Below are positions 38,231 through 48,768 of a DNA stretch of 64,000 nt, piece after piece. The position numbers and the translations under genes are program-made. The notes below the pieces were generated by a model. It was given only the letters and a program-made list of their open reading frames with translations, had not been told where the DNA came from and did not search any database. How positions within the stretch are numbered: the stretch's first letter is position 1; each line of letters begins with the position of its first letter. Source of the stretch: Tubulanus polymorphus (Eukaryota > Animalia > Nemertea); the NCBI RefSeq assembly GCF_964204645.1, contig NC_134036.1:9651859-9715858 (forward strand), in the 5' to 3' direction.

Positions 38231-39619
38231 ATGGTAGATAGTTTTCCAAAAGCTTTCCAATATAATAAATCAATTAAATATAATATTCCAGCAATAGATT
38301 TTAATAATGATATTACATATAGAAATGAAGTTTTAGATTCATTAACTAATTTAGAAATTTATGTTACTGAAACTAATAATTTTAATGCAAAGATGGAAAA
38401 TATATTTCATATATATTTAATTAATTTTAAAAAATTGAAAGATGAAAAACAATGGTTATTAAAATCTAATATGAAGTATTGGCAGAATCAATTAAATTTT
38501 GCTGTTTATTGTGCAACAACAGGATGTGGAATAAGTTGGAATGATCATTTGAATAATTCTAAATATAAACTAATTCAAAGTTTATTTAGATTTCATACAT
38601 ACTTTCAAATCAGAATAATATTAAATGAATTAGAGTGCGCTTTACCAGGATCTAGGTATTTCAAAGAATTAGATAATAATATTAATTTATCAAAGTTTTA
38701 TAAAATTTGTAATGAATTTAATATAGATATAAATAATTCTGATTTTAGAACAAAAATTGGAACAATAAGATCACTTCCTTGCCCTAGAAAGATTGCAGAA
38801 TATTGTGCACTTCCCATACCATCTAATAGTTTTTATAATATCTATAATAAAAAATTAGGTTATGGTAAAATAGAAACAAAGGATTTAGAAACATTAAATT
38901 TCAATAAATTACCGAAATTTTATGATAATTTAAAACAAGAAAACAATAATGGTTGGGTTTATTTTATTTTAGAAAATAGTGAAGGTTTTACTAAATCAGG
39001 TATAGAAAGAATAAATCAATCTATTAGAACTTATTTGATTTGTATTCTAGGATCACAAGTTGAAACAAGATCCCCGATAATTGGAAATTTGAATACATCA
39101 TTCGATACACAAAAACAATTTAAAGTTTTATTTGAAGATTCCATACATAATGATAAAAATAGATCGATTCCAGAAAACATTATAAGATATCAAAATTATT
39201 TAGATAAATCTCATGTAAGACTTAATTATTGTATAGGCCCTAATCTATTAATTATTTCTAATGATTTAGTATTAAAGATGGGAAACATAATTGGTTATAA
39301 TAATCTAATTAAAACTGCAACAATAAATAATTCATTTGGATTGAATGATATAAATAAAAAGATTATTACTGCTCCAAAATTAATGGAAGGTGAAAAAAAT
39401 AAAAAACACATTCAATCAACAGAAACTAAAATTAAGAATATTAAATTGGTTAATGATTCTAAAATAAAAGATTACAATACATCAGAAAATAATAGAACTG
39501 ATACAATTCAACATGATATAATTAAACTAAATGATGATAATAAATCCCATGAAAATACTAAATTAGCTATAACTTGTATAGGAATTGTAATCGGAGGAAT
39601 ATTATATTTTAAATTTTAA
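38231..39619 (+). CDS. Conserved-looking Polinton protein of unknown function with a C-terminal TM anchor
   Basis: Intact 462-aa ORF; WQNQLNFAVYCATTGCGISW.DHL...FRFHTYFQIR; ends LAITCIGIVIGGILYFKF. Confidence 0.75.
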   Translation: MVDSFPKAFQYNKSIKYNIPAIDFNNDITYRNEVLDSLTNLEIYVTETNNFNAKMENIFHIYLINFKKLKDEKQWLLKSNMKYWQNQLNFAVYCATTGCGISWNDHLNNSKYKLIQSLFRFHTYFQIRIILNELECALPGSRYFKELDNNINLSKFYKICNEFNIDINNSDFRTKIGTIRSLPCPRKIAEYCALPIPSNSFYNIYNKKLGYGKIETKDLETLNFNKLPKFYDNLKQENNNGWVYFILENSEGFTKSGIERINQSIRTYLICILGSQVETRSPIIGNLNTSFDTQKQFKVLFEDSIHNDKNRSIPENIIRYQNYLDKSHVRLNYCIGPNLLIISNDLVLKMGNIIGYNNLIKTATINNSFGLNDINKKIITAPKLMEGEKNKKHIQSTETKIKNIKLVNDSKIKDYNTSENNRTDTIQHDIIKLNDDNKSHENTKLAITCIGIVIGGILYFKF

Positions 39620-39635
39620 TTTTTTTATTATGTAA

Positions 39636-41102
39636 ATGGATGTAGAAGGTGAAGAAGATTATTAAATGGGAGAAATGGGAAATAATAATGAAGGATATAT
39701 TGATGATGATTATAATGATGCAGAAACTAATATTGATAATAATGATGAATCAGCATATAATTCTAATTAAGCAGATAGTGGTTCTAAAGGTCAATCAACA
39801 GATGAATTTGATAGAAGAACTAGATCGAGAATAAATCCTGAAAATGAAAATCCAGATTTAGTAAAACAAAATTTAGAATATAATGAATTTATGTATGATT
39901 TTCAACATGTATTTAAAGATTCTGGATATAATATAAATGCCAGAGGCGCTAGACTTTTAGTACAAGAATTAAAATTTTTAGATGGTGAATATTATTATCG
40001 TTTGAAAGATGATTATTATATTGATATCTCTTATAAAAAACAAAACAAAATATTAGCAGAATCAACTTTGCTTAAGTCTGACTCATTACTATCTAGAATT
40101 AAGAGAATAAGAAATAGTAATGAAATAGAAGATGTAACACAAGAAGAAATTTTTAAAAATGAAAGAGTATTTAAACAAAGAATTAATGAATTATTTGAAA
40201 CAATCGATAATAATTTAGAAACAGAAACAACTTCTGAACAGAATATAACTTCCAAAACTAGTAAACTTAAATCAAACACTGAAGTTCAAACTGAAAAACT
40301 TTTACCGAATGGATTACTTGATGCAACAGATCAAGAAATAGAAGCTTTAAGTATGTTTTCTAAAAAAACAATTTGAGAAATAATAAGTATACGAGATGAA
40401 GCTGATAAAATTGCTCGCGAAAAACATATTAGATATAATAAAATTAAACCTTTAGAAAATAAATTATTTGACACCAGAAAAGAATTAGAACAATTAAAAT
40501 TAGATAGAGAATTTAAAGTTATTGAAGAAATTGAATTTAAAAAAAGAAATGCATATTTAGAAAAAGAAATTGATGATTTAGAATATAACATAGAATTTCA
40601 GAAAGAAAAAATGAAATTATTATTAAAATCATACGATTATTGTATTAATAGATTAAAAGTTGTTGTTAAAGAGTTAATACTAAAACCAAATTCTGACATA
40701 TCATTAAAAGATAGAATAAAATTATTATTTTAGTTTGAAGGAATAACAATTCTTTCAATTCTAACAGCTGTAACTATGTTATTTACAACAATTGGTTTAG
40801 CTATATCAAATGCTTTAAAATCTACTCCTACTCCAAATAAACCAGATAAACCTCCAGGTAATAATTCTATACAAGATAAAGTTAAAGATGGTTTAAAGAA
40901 ATTAGCAAAATATTTATGGGAACTATCTAAAAAATCTGCTGCAGCACTACCAGGAGTTATTGCTTCAATTGTTGGTTTTGTTTTAAAATCTGCAGGTAAT
41001 ATTCTTAACTTTGCTGCTGAACATATTATTTTATTTTTAATCACAGTTGTAAGTGCTATTATTTTTGGGTTAGTAAATATGATATCAAAAAAAATCAAGT
41101 AA
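39636..41102 (+). pseudogene. ~488-codon acidic/coiled-coil protein with C-terminal hydrophobic helices; four in-frame stops
   Basis: ATG at 39636 (TAAATG) and ORFs 39891 and 40776 are in the same frame. Stops TAA, TAA, TGA and TAG, with no frameshift. Confidence 0.75.
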
Positions 41103-41144
41103 ACCATGATAAAAAATAAATAATTAATTTTTTTTGTTAAATAA

Positions 41145-42392
41145 ATGAGTGGGAGTTATATAAGTCCTTCTAAGATTTCTAGAATATCTAACGCTATTAA
41201 AGCAGAAAGATCACATCATATAATTACTCATAACCCTTCAAATATTAATCCTGATGAAACTTTATACGTTAGAATCCCTCGATTAACACAAAATACTTTT
41301 TATGTTCCAAATAGTATTTATTTATCAGCTGATATAAAAGTAATCGGTAATAATAATAATTATGTCGTTGATAATGTTGGAAGATATTTGATTAAAAAGT
41401 TAACAATAAAGATTGGTCCAGAAACAGTTTTCTCATTAGATGATTATAATTTATTTATGCATTATAAAGATTTATGGTTAACTAAAGAAAACAGAAATAA
41501 TATGATATTTCAAGGAATTCAATCAGAAAACCAAAATAAATTAAGATCAGAAGCTAATAGCGCAATATTAACAAATGATGTAGATAAATTGATAAAAAGT
41601 ATATATGGAAGCAAATATAAAATTCCATTAGACTTTGAATTGATAAATAATAATGCGCCTTTATATAAATACGCAATTCAAGAAGATATTATATTTGAGA
41701 TAACATTTGCTCTTGTAAATGAAATTGTAATGTCTAGCGTTAATAAAGATATGAGTTATAAATTATCGAATATATGTTTAGAATATGATACAGTAACTGA
41801 TGAAAATATTGCTAGAACAATTCAAACTCAATACAATCAAGGATTTTCATTATTATATGATTATATTGATAAATTTAAAACTGTAACTATTAATGCAAAT
41901 GATGAAATAATAAATGAGAATATTAACTTTCCTAGAAGATCTATTAAAGGTATATTAATATTTTTTACTATTGGAACGTATACTAATGGCGCAATAAATG
42001 TTGATAATTATTATAATCCTGAAATAACAAAAGTAGAAATAACTATCGAAGGTATAGCGAATAAAGTATTTTGTCAAGGAATGAGAATGATTGATCAATG
42101 GGTAGAAATTAAAAAACATTTTATGAATGAAAAAGTAAAATCATTTGAAAATTGTAACATTAATCAAATTGACTATTATACTGGTAATAAATATGCATTA
42201 TGGTTAGATTTTAGAACAACTGAAGATAACTTATTACATGGTTCTGGAAAAAAACTACAAAACACTAAAGATGGAATACAATTATTCATGACAAAGAAAA
42301 AGGGAATCAAAAATTTTTAAATGCACATTTATATTATATCTGACGCGCAATTAAATATTGTAAATTCACAATTAGATAGTGTTATGTATTAA
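41145..42392 (+). CDS. Major capsid protein (double jelly-roll) with a premature in-frame TAA near the C-terminus
   Basis: Size, position and beta-rich pattern (HNPSNINPDETLYVRIPRL...VVDNVGR..IKKL..Y.IPLDFE..YNPEITKVEITIEG..LWLDFR..LHGSG). After TAA at 42318-42320 the frame continues MHIYIISDAQLNIVNSQLDSVMY*. Confidence 0.75.
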
Positions 42393-42424
42393 AATTTTAA
42401 CTTTAATAAAAATATATATAATAA

Positions 42425-43396
42425 ATGGAAGGAGGTAAAGTATATAAACATATTCCATACATCGATACACATGAAAATAATGATGGTTTATATTATGTAA
42501 TACCTTGTAATATAGCTTTGATATTTGATCCTATTTTTAAAAATTATAAAACTAAACTGATAGAAATCAATAATAATAAAAGTGGTGTTGTTAATAATAG
42601 TGTAATTGATAATAATGTAATACCTACTACACCTGTAATACCTACTACATCTGTAATACCTACTACTACATCTGTAATACCTTCTACATCTAATAACGTA
42701 ATACCTTCTACATCTAATAACGTAATACCTACTACATCTGTAATACCTACTACATCTAATAACGTAATACCTTCTACATCTAATAATGCAATAATATTAA
42801 ATGTTAGTGAAAATAGAAATTATTGTGGTTATTGTAATGGTGAATTTTCAAACGCTCCATCAAATTGGAATAAACATATGAATACAAATTCACATATTAC
42901 TAATGTTATAGAACGTGTTGGTTTAAGAGAATTTATAGAACACCCATTTAGATATGTTACAAAGTTTGTTTCAAATAAAAAAGTAAATGGTGAAAAAATA
43001 TATGAAGATTTATTATTAGCAACACCTAATAAAGATGAATTAGATTTAACTGATGCTAATGAAATATTAGGATCAAACACTGTAGATGAAATATTAGGAG
43101 CAAACACTAATAAAGATGATAATGAAAATGATGCCATACACCCACATGATGATATAGTTACAGTTAAACATATTGATAATAAAGATTCTATAAAACTTAA
43201 AGTAGAAAATAATGATAAATTTGATTGGATGAATAAGTTTAAAAATGAAACAACTATTGGTGGTGTGGTAAAAAAGGTGAAAAAGGTGAAAAAAAATTAT
43301 AAAGATGTTGGTGTAGATTCGGTAGAGCATTTAAATATGTTGTTAGCGTCTGATAGTGAAAGTGATTCAGAAATTGATTATCTAAAACTCGAATAA
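42425..43396 (+). CDS. Protein with VIPT(T/S)SNN repeats and a C2H2-type zinc finger
   Basis: Coding tandem repeats at ~42612-42790; YCGYCNGEF....NWNKHMNTNSH. Confidence 0.7.
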   Translation: MEGGKVYKHIPYIDTHENNDGLYYVIPCNIALIFDPIFKNYKTKLIEINNNKSGVVNNSVIDNNVIPTTPVIPTTSVIPTTTSVIPSTSNNVIPSTSNNVIPTTSVIPTTSNNVIPSTSNNAIILNVSENRNYCGYCNGEFSNAPSNWNKHMNTNSHITNVIERVGLREFIEHPFRYVTKFVSNKKVNGEKIYEDLLLATPNKDELDLTDANEILGSNTVDEILGANTNKDDNENDAIHPHDDIVTVKHIDNKDSIKLKVENNDKFDWMNKFKNETTIGGVVKKVKKVKKNYKDVGVDSVEHLNMLLASDSESDSEIDYLKLE

Positions 43397-43462
43397 TAAA
43401 GGTTGAAAATTGTATAAAATAATAGTAAATAAAAAAAGGGTTTTAATTATTTAAGGTATCTA

Positions 43463-43560
43463 ATAGGGTATCAGGTATTAGGGTACCAGGTATTAGGGTA
43501 TCAGGTATTAGGGTATCAGGTATTAGGGTATCAGGTATTAGGGTATATAATAGGGTATCT
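43463..43560. repeat. 15-bp tandem repeat (ggtattagggtatca) between the convergent gene blocks
   Basis: Directly visible, about 5-6 copies. Confidence 0.85.
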
Positions 43561-43581
43561 AATACATAGGTATACAAATAG

Positions 43582-44196
43582 TTATTTTATAAATTTATAT
43601 TCATAAGGAAATTGTAATCTCAGTAATAATTTTGAACCTTTATTATTTTTTAATTTATTCATATATTCATCATGTAATTCAGTAGGTATAATTTGATTTT
43701 CTTCCAATGATTGTTGCATAGATTTTCTATCTTTGTTGTAGAATAAAACTAGAAATCTTATATTCTCTCTAAAATCTTTCACAATTGAATTATATTTCTG
43801 ATTTAAAACCCAAGTTGTTATCCCAAAATGTCTTCCAGAGAAAGCTAAATAACATAACTCACTTTCTCTAATTTTAGAATCATGTAAATTTGCGCAATCA
43901 TCAATAATAAATAATGTATTTGATCCTTTATAAATATCTAATACAATTTTTATACAATTATCTAAATTTTCTTTTACTGTTTTAGGGTCTAATATAATAA
44001 ACTTTTTTATCTTAACTATATCTCTATTATATGTTTTATTCATTTCATATGTAGGACAGAATAATATTATATTATCAAAATGATTTTTATAAATAGTTTC
44101 TAACAAGTCTAATATGAAATGTGTTTTACCACAATTTGTAACTCCAGTAACTAAGTTCAATGTATGTGGTTCAAATATAAATAAATCTTTATTCAT
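43582..44196 (-). CDS. A32/FtsK-like DNA packaging ATPase
   Basis: Walker A GVTNCGKT, Walker B FIIDD, SGRHFGIT..LNQ. Confidence 0.92.
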   Translation of the reverse strand: MNKDLFIFEPHTLNLVTGVTNCGKTHFILDLLETIYKNHFDNIILFCPTYEMNKTYNRDIVKIKKFIILDPKTVKENLDNCIKIVLDIYKGSNTLFIIDDCANLHDSKIRESELCYLAFSGRHFGITTWVLNQKYNSIVKDFRENIRFLVLFYNKDRKSMQQSLEENQIIPTELHDEYMNKLKNNKGSKLLLRLQFPYEYKFIK

Positions 44197-45277
44197 TTAT
44201 TCTTTTAATTTTACTAGATAAAATCCATTCATTAAATTTATCATCATATCCTTTATATTTCACCAAAGAATACTTTTTTCCTTTAAGAGTTTTTGTTTTC
44301 AATACTTTTTCTATTTTGTATTCTATTTCATCTGGATTTGGTACTAATGATAATTCTTGTTCATAAAAATAACCTAATATTTCTTCATCTTTTAAATCTT
44401 CTAATTTATAAACAAATGGTTTAGTTAATATTATCTTTTTAATTTTAAATATTTCTTCAGTAAAATTAGGGGTATAACCTTTATAAAATGTTTTTCGATA
44501 TTTAGAAATTCTAACGTGTTGTCCTATTTTAAATTTAGGTTCACCGAAATCGTGTGTAACAAATGCTCCATATAAATTATTCCAAACTATTTCCGAATTA
44601 TCTTCTTGTCTAGCTTGTATGGGTTTCATATTTATAGAACTATGTTTAGAATTATTATAACCTTTCACTAAATCATCTAACACATCGATATATTTATATG
44701 TTTCATTAGCGGTGAAATATTTCCACATTCTAGTTTTCAATGTTTTATTAAATCTTTCTATAACAGATGCTTTTTTATCTGAATGTGTTGAAAAATATTC
44801 TACATCGTTATCAGTTAATAGTTTTTTAAAATGTTTGTTATAAAATTCTTTACCTTCATCAAATTGTATCTTATCTGGGATAGCTTCTTTGAATATAGAT
44901 TTAAAAGCATTTGTTACTTCTATACCAGTTTTATTTTTAATCGGGATACTCCATGCGTATCTACTGAATATATCTATAACATTCAGTATCCAGAAATATC
45001 CTTTGTTATATTCTTCTAAGTTTTTCATATCAATTAAATCAGCTTGCCATTGTTGGTCAATATATGAAACCATAACTTTTCTTGTTAAATATTTTTTATC
45101 CATCTTTTTATGAATTTGATATGTGGGTTGATTTTGTAACCATGATTTTAATTCACTATATTTTATATCACTATTATCGGATTTAATTTTATTCCATAAT
45201 TCTGAAACGTTAGAATATGATACTTCACTTTCTGGGTTATAATATAAATCTCTTAAATATTGTTCTTTTTTCATCAT
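44189..45277 (-). CDS. Retroviral-like (rve, c-int) integrase with a C-terminal chromodomain; intact
   Basis: WQADLIDM (D), IDIFSRYAW, QFDEGKEF (D), ERFNKTLK (E), YNNSKHSSI; chromo-like YKIEKVLK..YSLVKYKGY...NEWI. Confidence 0.95.
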   Translation of the reverse strand: MMKKEQYLRDLYYNPESEVSYSNVSELWNKIKSDNSDIKYSELKSWLQNQPTYQIHKKMDKKYLTRKVMVSYIDQQWQADLIDMKNLEEYNKGYFWILNVIDIFSRYAWSIPIKNKTGIEVTNAFKSIFKEAIPDKIQFDEGKEFYNKHFKKLLTDNDVEYFSTHSDKKASVIERFNKTLKTRMWKYFTANETYKYIDVLDDLVKGYNNSKHSSINMKPIQARQEDNSEIVWNNLYGAFVTHDFGEPKFKIGQHVRISKYRKTFYKGYTPNFTEEIFKIKKIILTKPFVYKLEDLKDEEILGYFYEQELSLVPNPDEIEYKIEKVLKTKTLKGKKYSLVKYKGYDDKFNEWILSSKIKRINE

Positions 45278-45280
45278 ATT

Positions 45281-45640
45281 TTAATCCATCAATAATATTT
45301 TAGATTTATTTTCATTTGACTTATTTTCTGGTGGTTTATTGTCTGTACATGGATAACTAAGTTTCCGATCATCTTTATCGTCAGATTTGAATTTTGATTT
45401 GTATATTACACCGGATAATATAATAACTGTTACTAACCCAATTGTAATATATAAGTAATTATTTCTTCCACTATTAGAAGAATTAGATGGATTATTATTT
45501 GAATCAATACCAGGTGATTCATTTATATCAGTTAATTTCTTTTTCTTAGCTTTTTTTAATTCTGAAGATCTTTTTCCTAATTCTCTTGCCCATTTAAATT
45601 GTTTCTCGGATCTAGCCTTTTTCTTAACTCCATCACTCAT
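45281..45640 (-). CDS. Basic single-TM protein
   Basis: Lys-rich N-terminus and YLYITIGLVTVIILSGVIY; overlaps the upstream gene end at TAAATG. Confidence 0.65.
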   Translation of the reverse strand: MSDGVKKKARSEKQFKWARELGKRSSELKKAKKKKLTDINESPGIDSNNNPSNSSNSGRNNYLYITIGLVTVIILSGVIYKSKFKSDDKDDRKLSYPCTDNKPPENKSNENKSKILLMD

Positions 45641-46241
45641 TTATTTTTGTCAATTTTTGTTCTGATTCATCTTCTGTTTCACTGTTTGGTTGTAGTACAG
45701 CGTCATCTGTTTCGTTCTTACCTGATTTATATTCCATAGGCTTGATATTCGAAAATGTTATAACTCCAGTAGAAATCAATGTCATAACCGATCCTAATTG
45801 AAATGAAGCATAACCGACCCATTTTTGTAATTCAGTCATAACTAAGTAGTCATTTTTCAAATCACTATATAATTTATTTTCATCATTAATTGGCATTACC
45901 TGGTTACATAACTTAGAATAACATTTGATAATACCATCACTTATAGAGTCGTTTATTCTAGCTAATCTTGACTCTTCATAAATCTTAAAATATTTAATTA
46001 CTTTATCGGGTTTCATAGAGTCTAGTTCTTGAAAAGTTATTATTTTTCCTAAGAAGTCCTTAGATTTCCCGCCAGCAATTAATAATTCAAGATGATGCTT
46101 ACAATATAAATAGTATTCATAATCTATATTGTTATTAACTTGAGCACAATTAGTTGCAACTGTATCTTTATTATCACTTATACCCAAATCATCTAATGTC
46201 TTTTCAATATCAATACTATTCTTATTAGATTTCTTTGACAT
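45633..46241 (-). CDS. Hypothetical Polinton protein
   Basis: Intact 202-aa ORF with TAAATG start. Confidence 0.7.
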   Translation of the reverse strand: MSKKSNKNSIDIEKTLDDLGISDNKDTVATNCAQVNNNIDYEYYLYCKHHLELLIAGGKSKDFLGKIITFQELDSMKPDKVIKYFKIYEESRLARINDSISDGIIKCYSKLCNQVMPINDENKLYSDLKNDYLVMTELQKWVGYASFQLGSVMTLISTGVITFSNIKPMEYKSGKNETDDAVLQPNSETEDESEQKLTKINE

Positions 46242-46652
46242 TTATATTAGAGAAAAAAAGCAAAAAAAATATTATAAGTATTCTTCAAATGATACTAGCT
46301 AGTTAAAGCTAAAGAATTCTAGTATTAGTTATTGTTTTTTTAGTATTTTTTATTTGTGATATAAAGTATTCTTTTTGAAAAGAAAATATTAAAAATATAA
46401 TAGAATTCACTAGCTAGTTGAAGTTATTGTTTTTTTATTATATTTTATCTAAATTCTATTTGATATCACCATGTGGGTGCCGTACGGCACCATCTCACTA
46501 CTTTTGTTTATCTATAGGAGCAGTAACTATAACTGTCCAGATAAGTCATTTCGGATTCTTGATGATAAATCCTAAAACTGAAAATAAATTCAAAGAAACG
46601 ACTGGTGGAAATATTATTTCATAAACACATATATTTATTATGTAAATTTTAG

Positions 46653-46817
46653 CGATCAATAGTAGAACAATGGAGAACAATAGAAATGCGGTCCAATCGG
46701 ACCGGTTATTGCGCAATACTTAGTTATATTTTTATTCTAACAACGATCAATAATAGAACAATGGAGAACAATAGAAATGCGGTCCAATAGGACCGGTTAT
46801 TGCGCAATACTTAGTTA
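46653..46817. repeat. Duplicated ~75-bp module (period ~91 bp) with palindromic motifs
   Basis: cgatcaata.tagaacaatggagaacaatagaaatgcggtccaat.ggaccggttattgcgcaatacttagtta occurs twice. Confidence 0.85.
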
Positions 46818-46892
46818 ACAGTAAACAATACAATATTAAAACAGATATATACAATCGAGATTTTTGATATCTAAGACCTTCAGTATTATAAT

Positions 46893-47309
46893 TTATAATT
46901 TTGTCCAGAATTCTTTAATTACTGGATTGTTTCCAATCATTTCTTCAATTTCTGTTAAATGTCTTACTACTTCACTAAATGCTAATCCTAATATTTTGAA
47001 TTTTTCATATTTTATTAATCTACCTACTCTTCTCAGTTTTCTTTCAAAACCAGCACTGATATCTCCACTCATTTTCTTAGTTTTCGATTCTTTGAGTCCC
47101 AACAGCAATTTGAGTCGCGTTGCTGGTAATTTTGGTAATTGTAGTTCGCGCGGTAATTGTTTATTATGTATTACATCACTCAGAGTTTTCACCATTTCTT
47201 GATGATAGTCAAAATGTTCTTGTAATGTTTGTGAAGTTTGTTCGTCAATTACGAGAGTTTTATCCTCCATTTCTATTGATTCCACTATCCAGTAGCAATC
47301 GTTCCTCAT
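46893..47309 (-). CDS. Hypothetical protein; may be the 3' part of a longer or spliced gene
   Basis: 138-aa ORF without the TAAATG context. Confidence 0.4.
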   Translation of the reverse strand: MRNDCYWIVESIEMEDKTLVIDEQTSQTLQEHFDYHQEMVKTLSDVIHNKQLPRELQLPKLPATRLKLLLGLKESKTKKMSGDISAGFERKLRRVGRLIKYEKFKILGLAFSEVVRHLTEIEEMIGNNPVIKEFWTKL

Positions 47310-47700
47310 CCGTTGGTTGGCTTAGAATTTCTGGTTGATCTCTGTATTCCATTTTAATCTAAAAGATGTCGTGAAAATGAATTACTATACTTAAATATGT
47401 TTAAAGGTTTCCCTACTTCATAATAACTACAAAAAACGGTACTTACATTTAGATTTAGAACTGTAAACTGTGTTTTGAGAGAGAATATCCAATACGTACT
47501 ATGTATGTGAAAGTTGATTTCTAACTGCCGACGTGGCGCACGTTCGACCAAACTAATTACTTCTGCACAGATGTTCTTTATGATGAAGTTAATTAATTCT
47601 TTAGAATTGAAAACAAGATATATTTGGCAACATATGTTTTAGTAGTAAGCAAAAGCTATGTATTATATACATACAAAGCTCAAATAGAATTGCCAGCTTT

Positions 47701-48369
47701 CTAACCACTGATCAAAACCTCAGAATGCGGTTGATTATGTGAAATACTATTCCATAATTCAACAAATGTCTTTGCTTTATCCAGTTGATCTAAATATAAC
47801 TGTAAATCTAGTTTATTGGATTTAATAATGTTTTCCTTCTTTTCTAAAGGTCTTAGATTCTTCCAATTCCAAATAAGTTTTTTATTGTATTCATCATTCA
47901 TGTCAAATTTAGAAATCGGCAACACGCGATCAATATGAAAGTATTCACCATAATTATCTATATTCATTTTATCATCGAATTGATATATTATCCATGATTT
48001 GAGAAATTCATCTGAACAACCCAATAGATTAGATAGTGTTTCTGAATGTGTTTCTTTGTTGAATAATTGTGTTATTCTAGTCCTTAAGCATTGTTTCAAT
48101 CTAAAATTAAGATCTGTTTGATATCTTTCTCTCATATATTTTGTCATATAATAATTATAATGTTTTATATTATCTTCTCGATATTGTTTGGTGTATAGTT
48201 TAGCACAAGTTTTACAACAATTTTGAAAACCATCTTTGCTAATCTTACGCTTACTAAATTCTGTTATAGCTAATTTATCTAATTCACATTTAGAACACTT
48301 CTTGTAGTATATGTTTATAACGCCAGTGTTATTTGTAATATTGATAGTTTGTGGTTGTTCTGGTTCCAT
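47701..48369 (-). CDS. Zinc-ribbon plus HNH-like endonuclease of the type common in large DNA viruses (NCLDV)
   Basis: KKCSKC...F.K..CKTC, LRTRI...LLGCS..FLK.WI..QF...NYG..HIDRVLP...WNWKNLRPL..EN..KSNK. Confidence 0.7.
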   Translation of the reverse strand: MEPEQPQTINITNNTGVINIYYKKCSKCELDKLAITEFSKRKISKDGFQNCCKTCAKLYTKQYREDNIKHYNYYMTKYMRERYQTDLNFRLKQCLRTRITQLFNKETHSETLSNLLGCSDEFLKSWIIYQFDDKMNIDNYGEYFHIDRVLPISKFDMNDEYNKKLIWNWKNLRPLEKKENIIKSNKLDLQLYLDQLDKAKTFVELWNSISHNQPHSEVLISG

Positions 48370-48448
48370 TTATTATACGTATTTTTTTACTAAATTGGTT
48401 AATAATTTTAGAATCCTCTTCCATTTCTTCGACCAACGTCATCCTTTT

Positions 48449-48688
48449 TCATTCCTCGCTGCTTTTGATAAGTTCTTTCGATTCCTTGATATCAAATTCC
48501 TCAACGTATTGTTCATTATTTGGGTCATTATTCCATAATTCAATAAATTTCTTTCCCTTTGTTAACTGTTCTGAATACTCTAGTTTCAATTTATTCTCTA
48601 AATGTGTTATAGTTTTATTGTGTCTTGCTTTTTGAGACTTGTCTATATCGATATTACATGTTGGGCAGTAGTATTTATTTGCTTCCAT
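48449..48688 (-). CDS. Small zinc-finger protein
   Basis: YYCPTCNI....KARHNKTITH. The frame continues beyond the TGA, so the stop may be premature. Confidence 0.55.
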   Translation of the reverse strand: MEANKYYCPTCNIDIDKSQKARHNKTITHLENKLKLEYSEQLTKGKKFIELWNNDPNNEQYVEEFDIKESKELIKSSEE

Positions 48689-48768
48689 TTTAATACTATA
48701 TTTTTTATTAAAATTGATTTTAGAAGTTCGATGATTTAAATGTTATTCATATATGTGAATATTTTAAG

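Noticed and set aside
43463-43560. Telomeric repeat (contains TTAGGG)
   Set aside because: TTAGGG is only part of a 15-bp unit; this is not a (TTAGGG)n array.
48709-48718. AAAATTGA mimivirus early-promoter motif, also in the duplicate at ~34913
   Set aside because: Expected by chance in DNA this AT-rich, and not positioned upstream of same-strand ORF starts.
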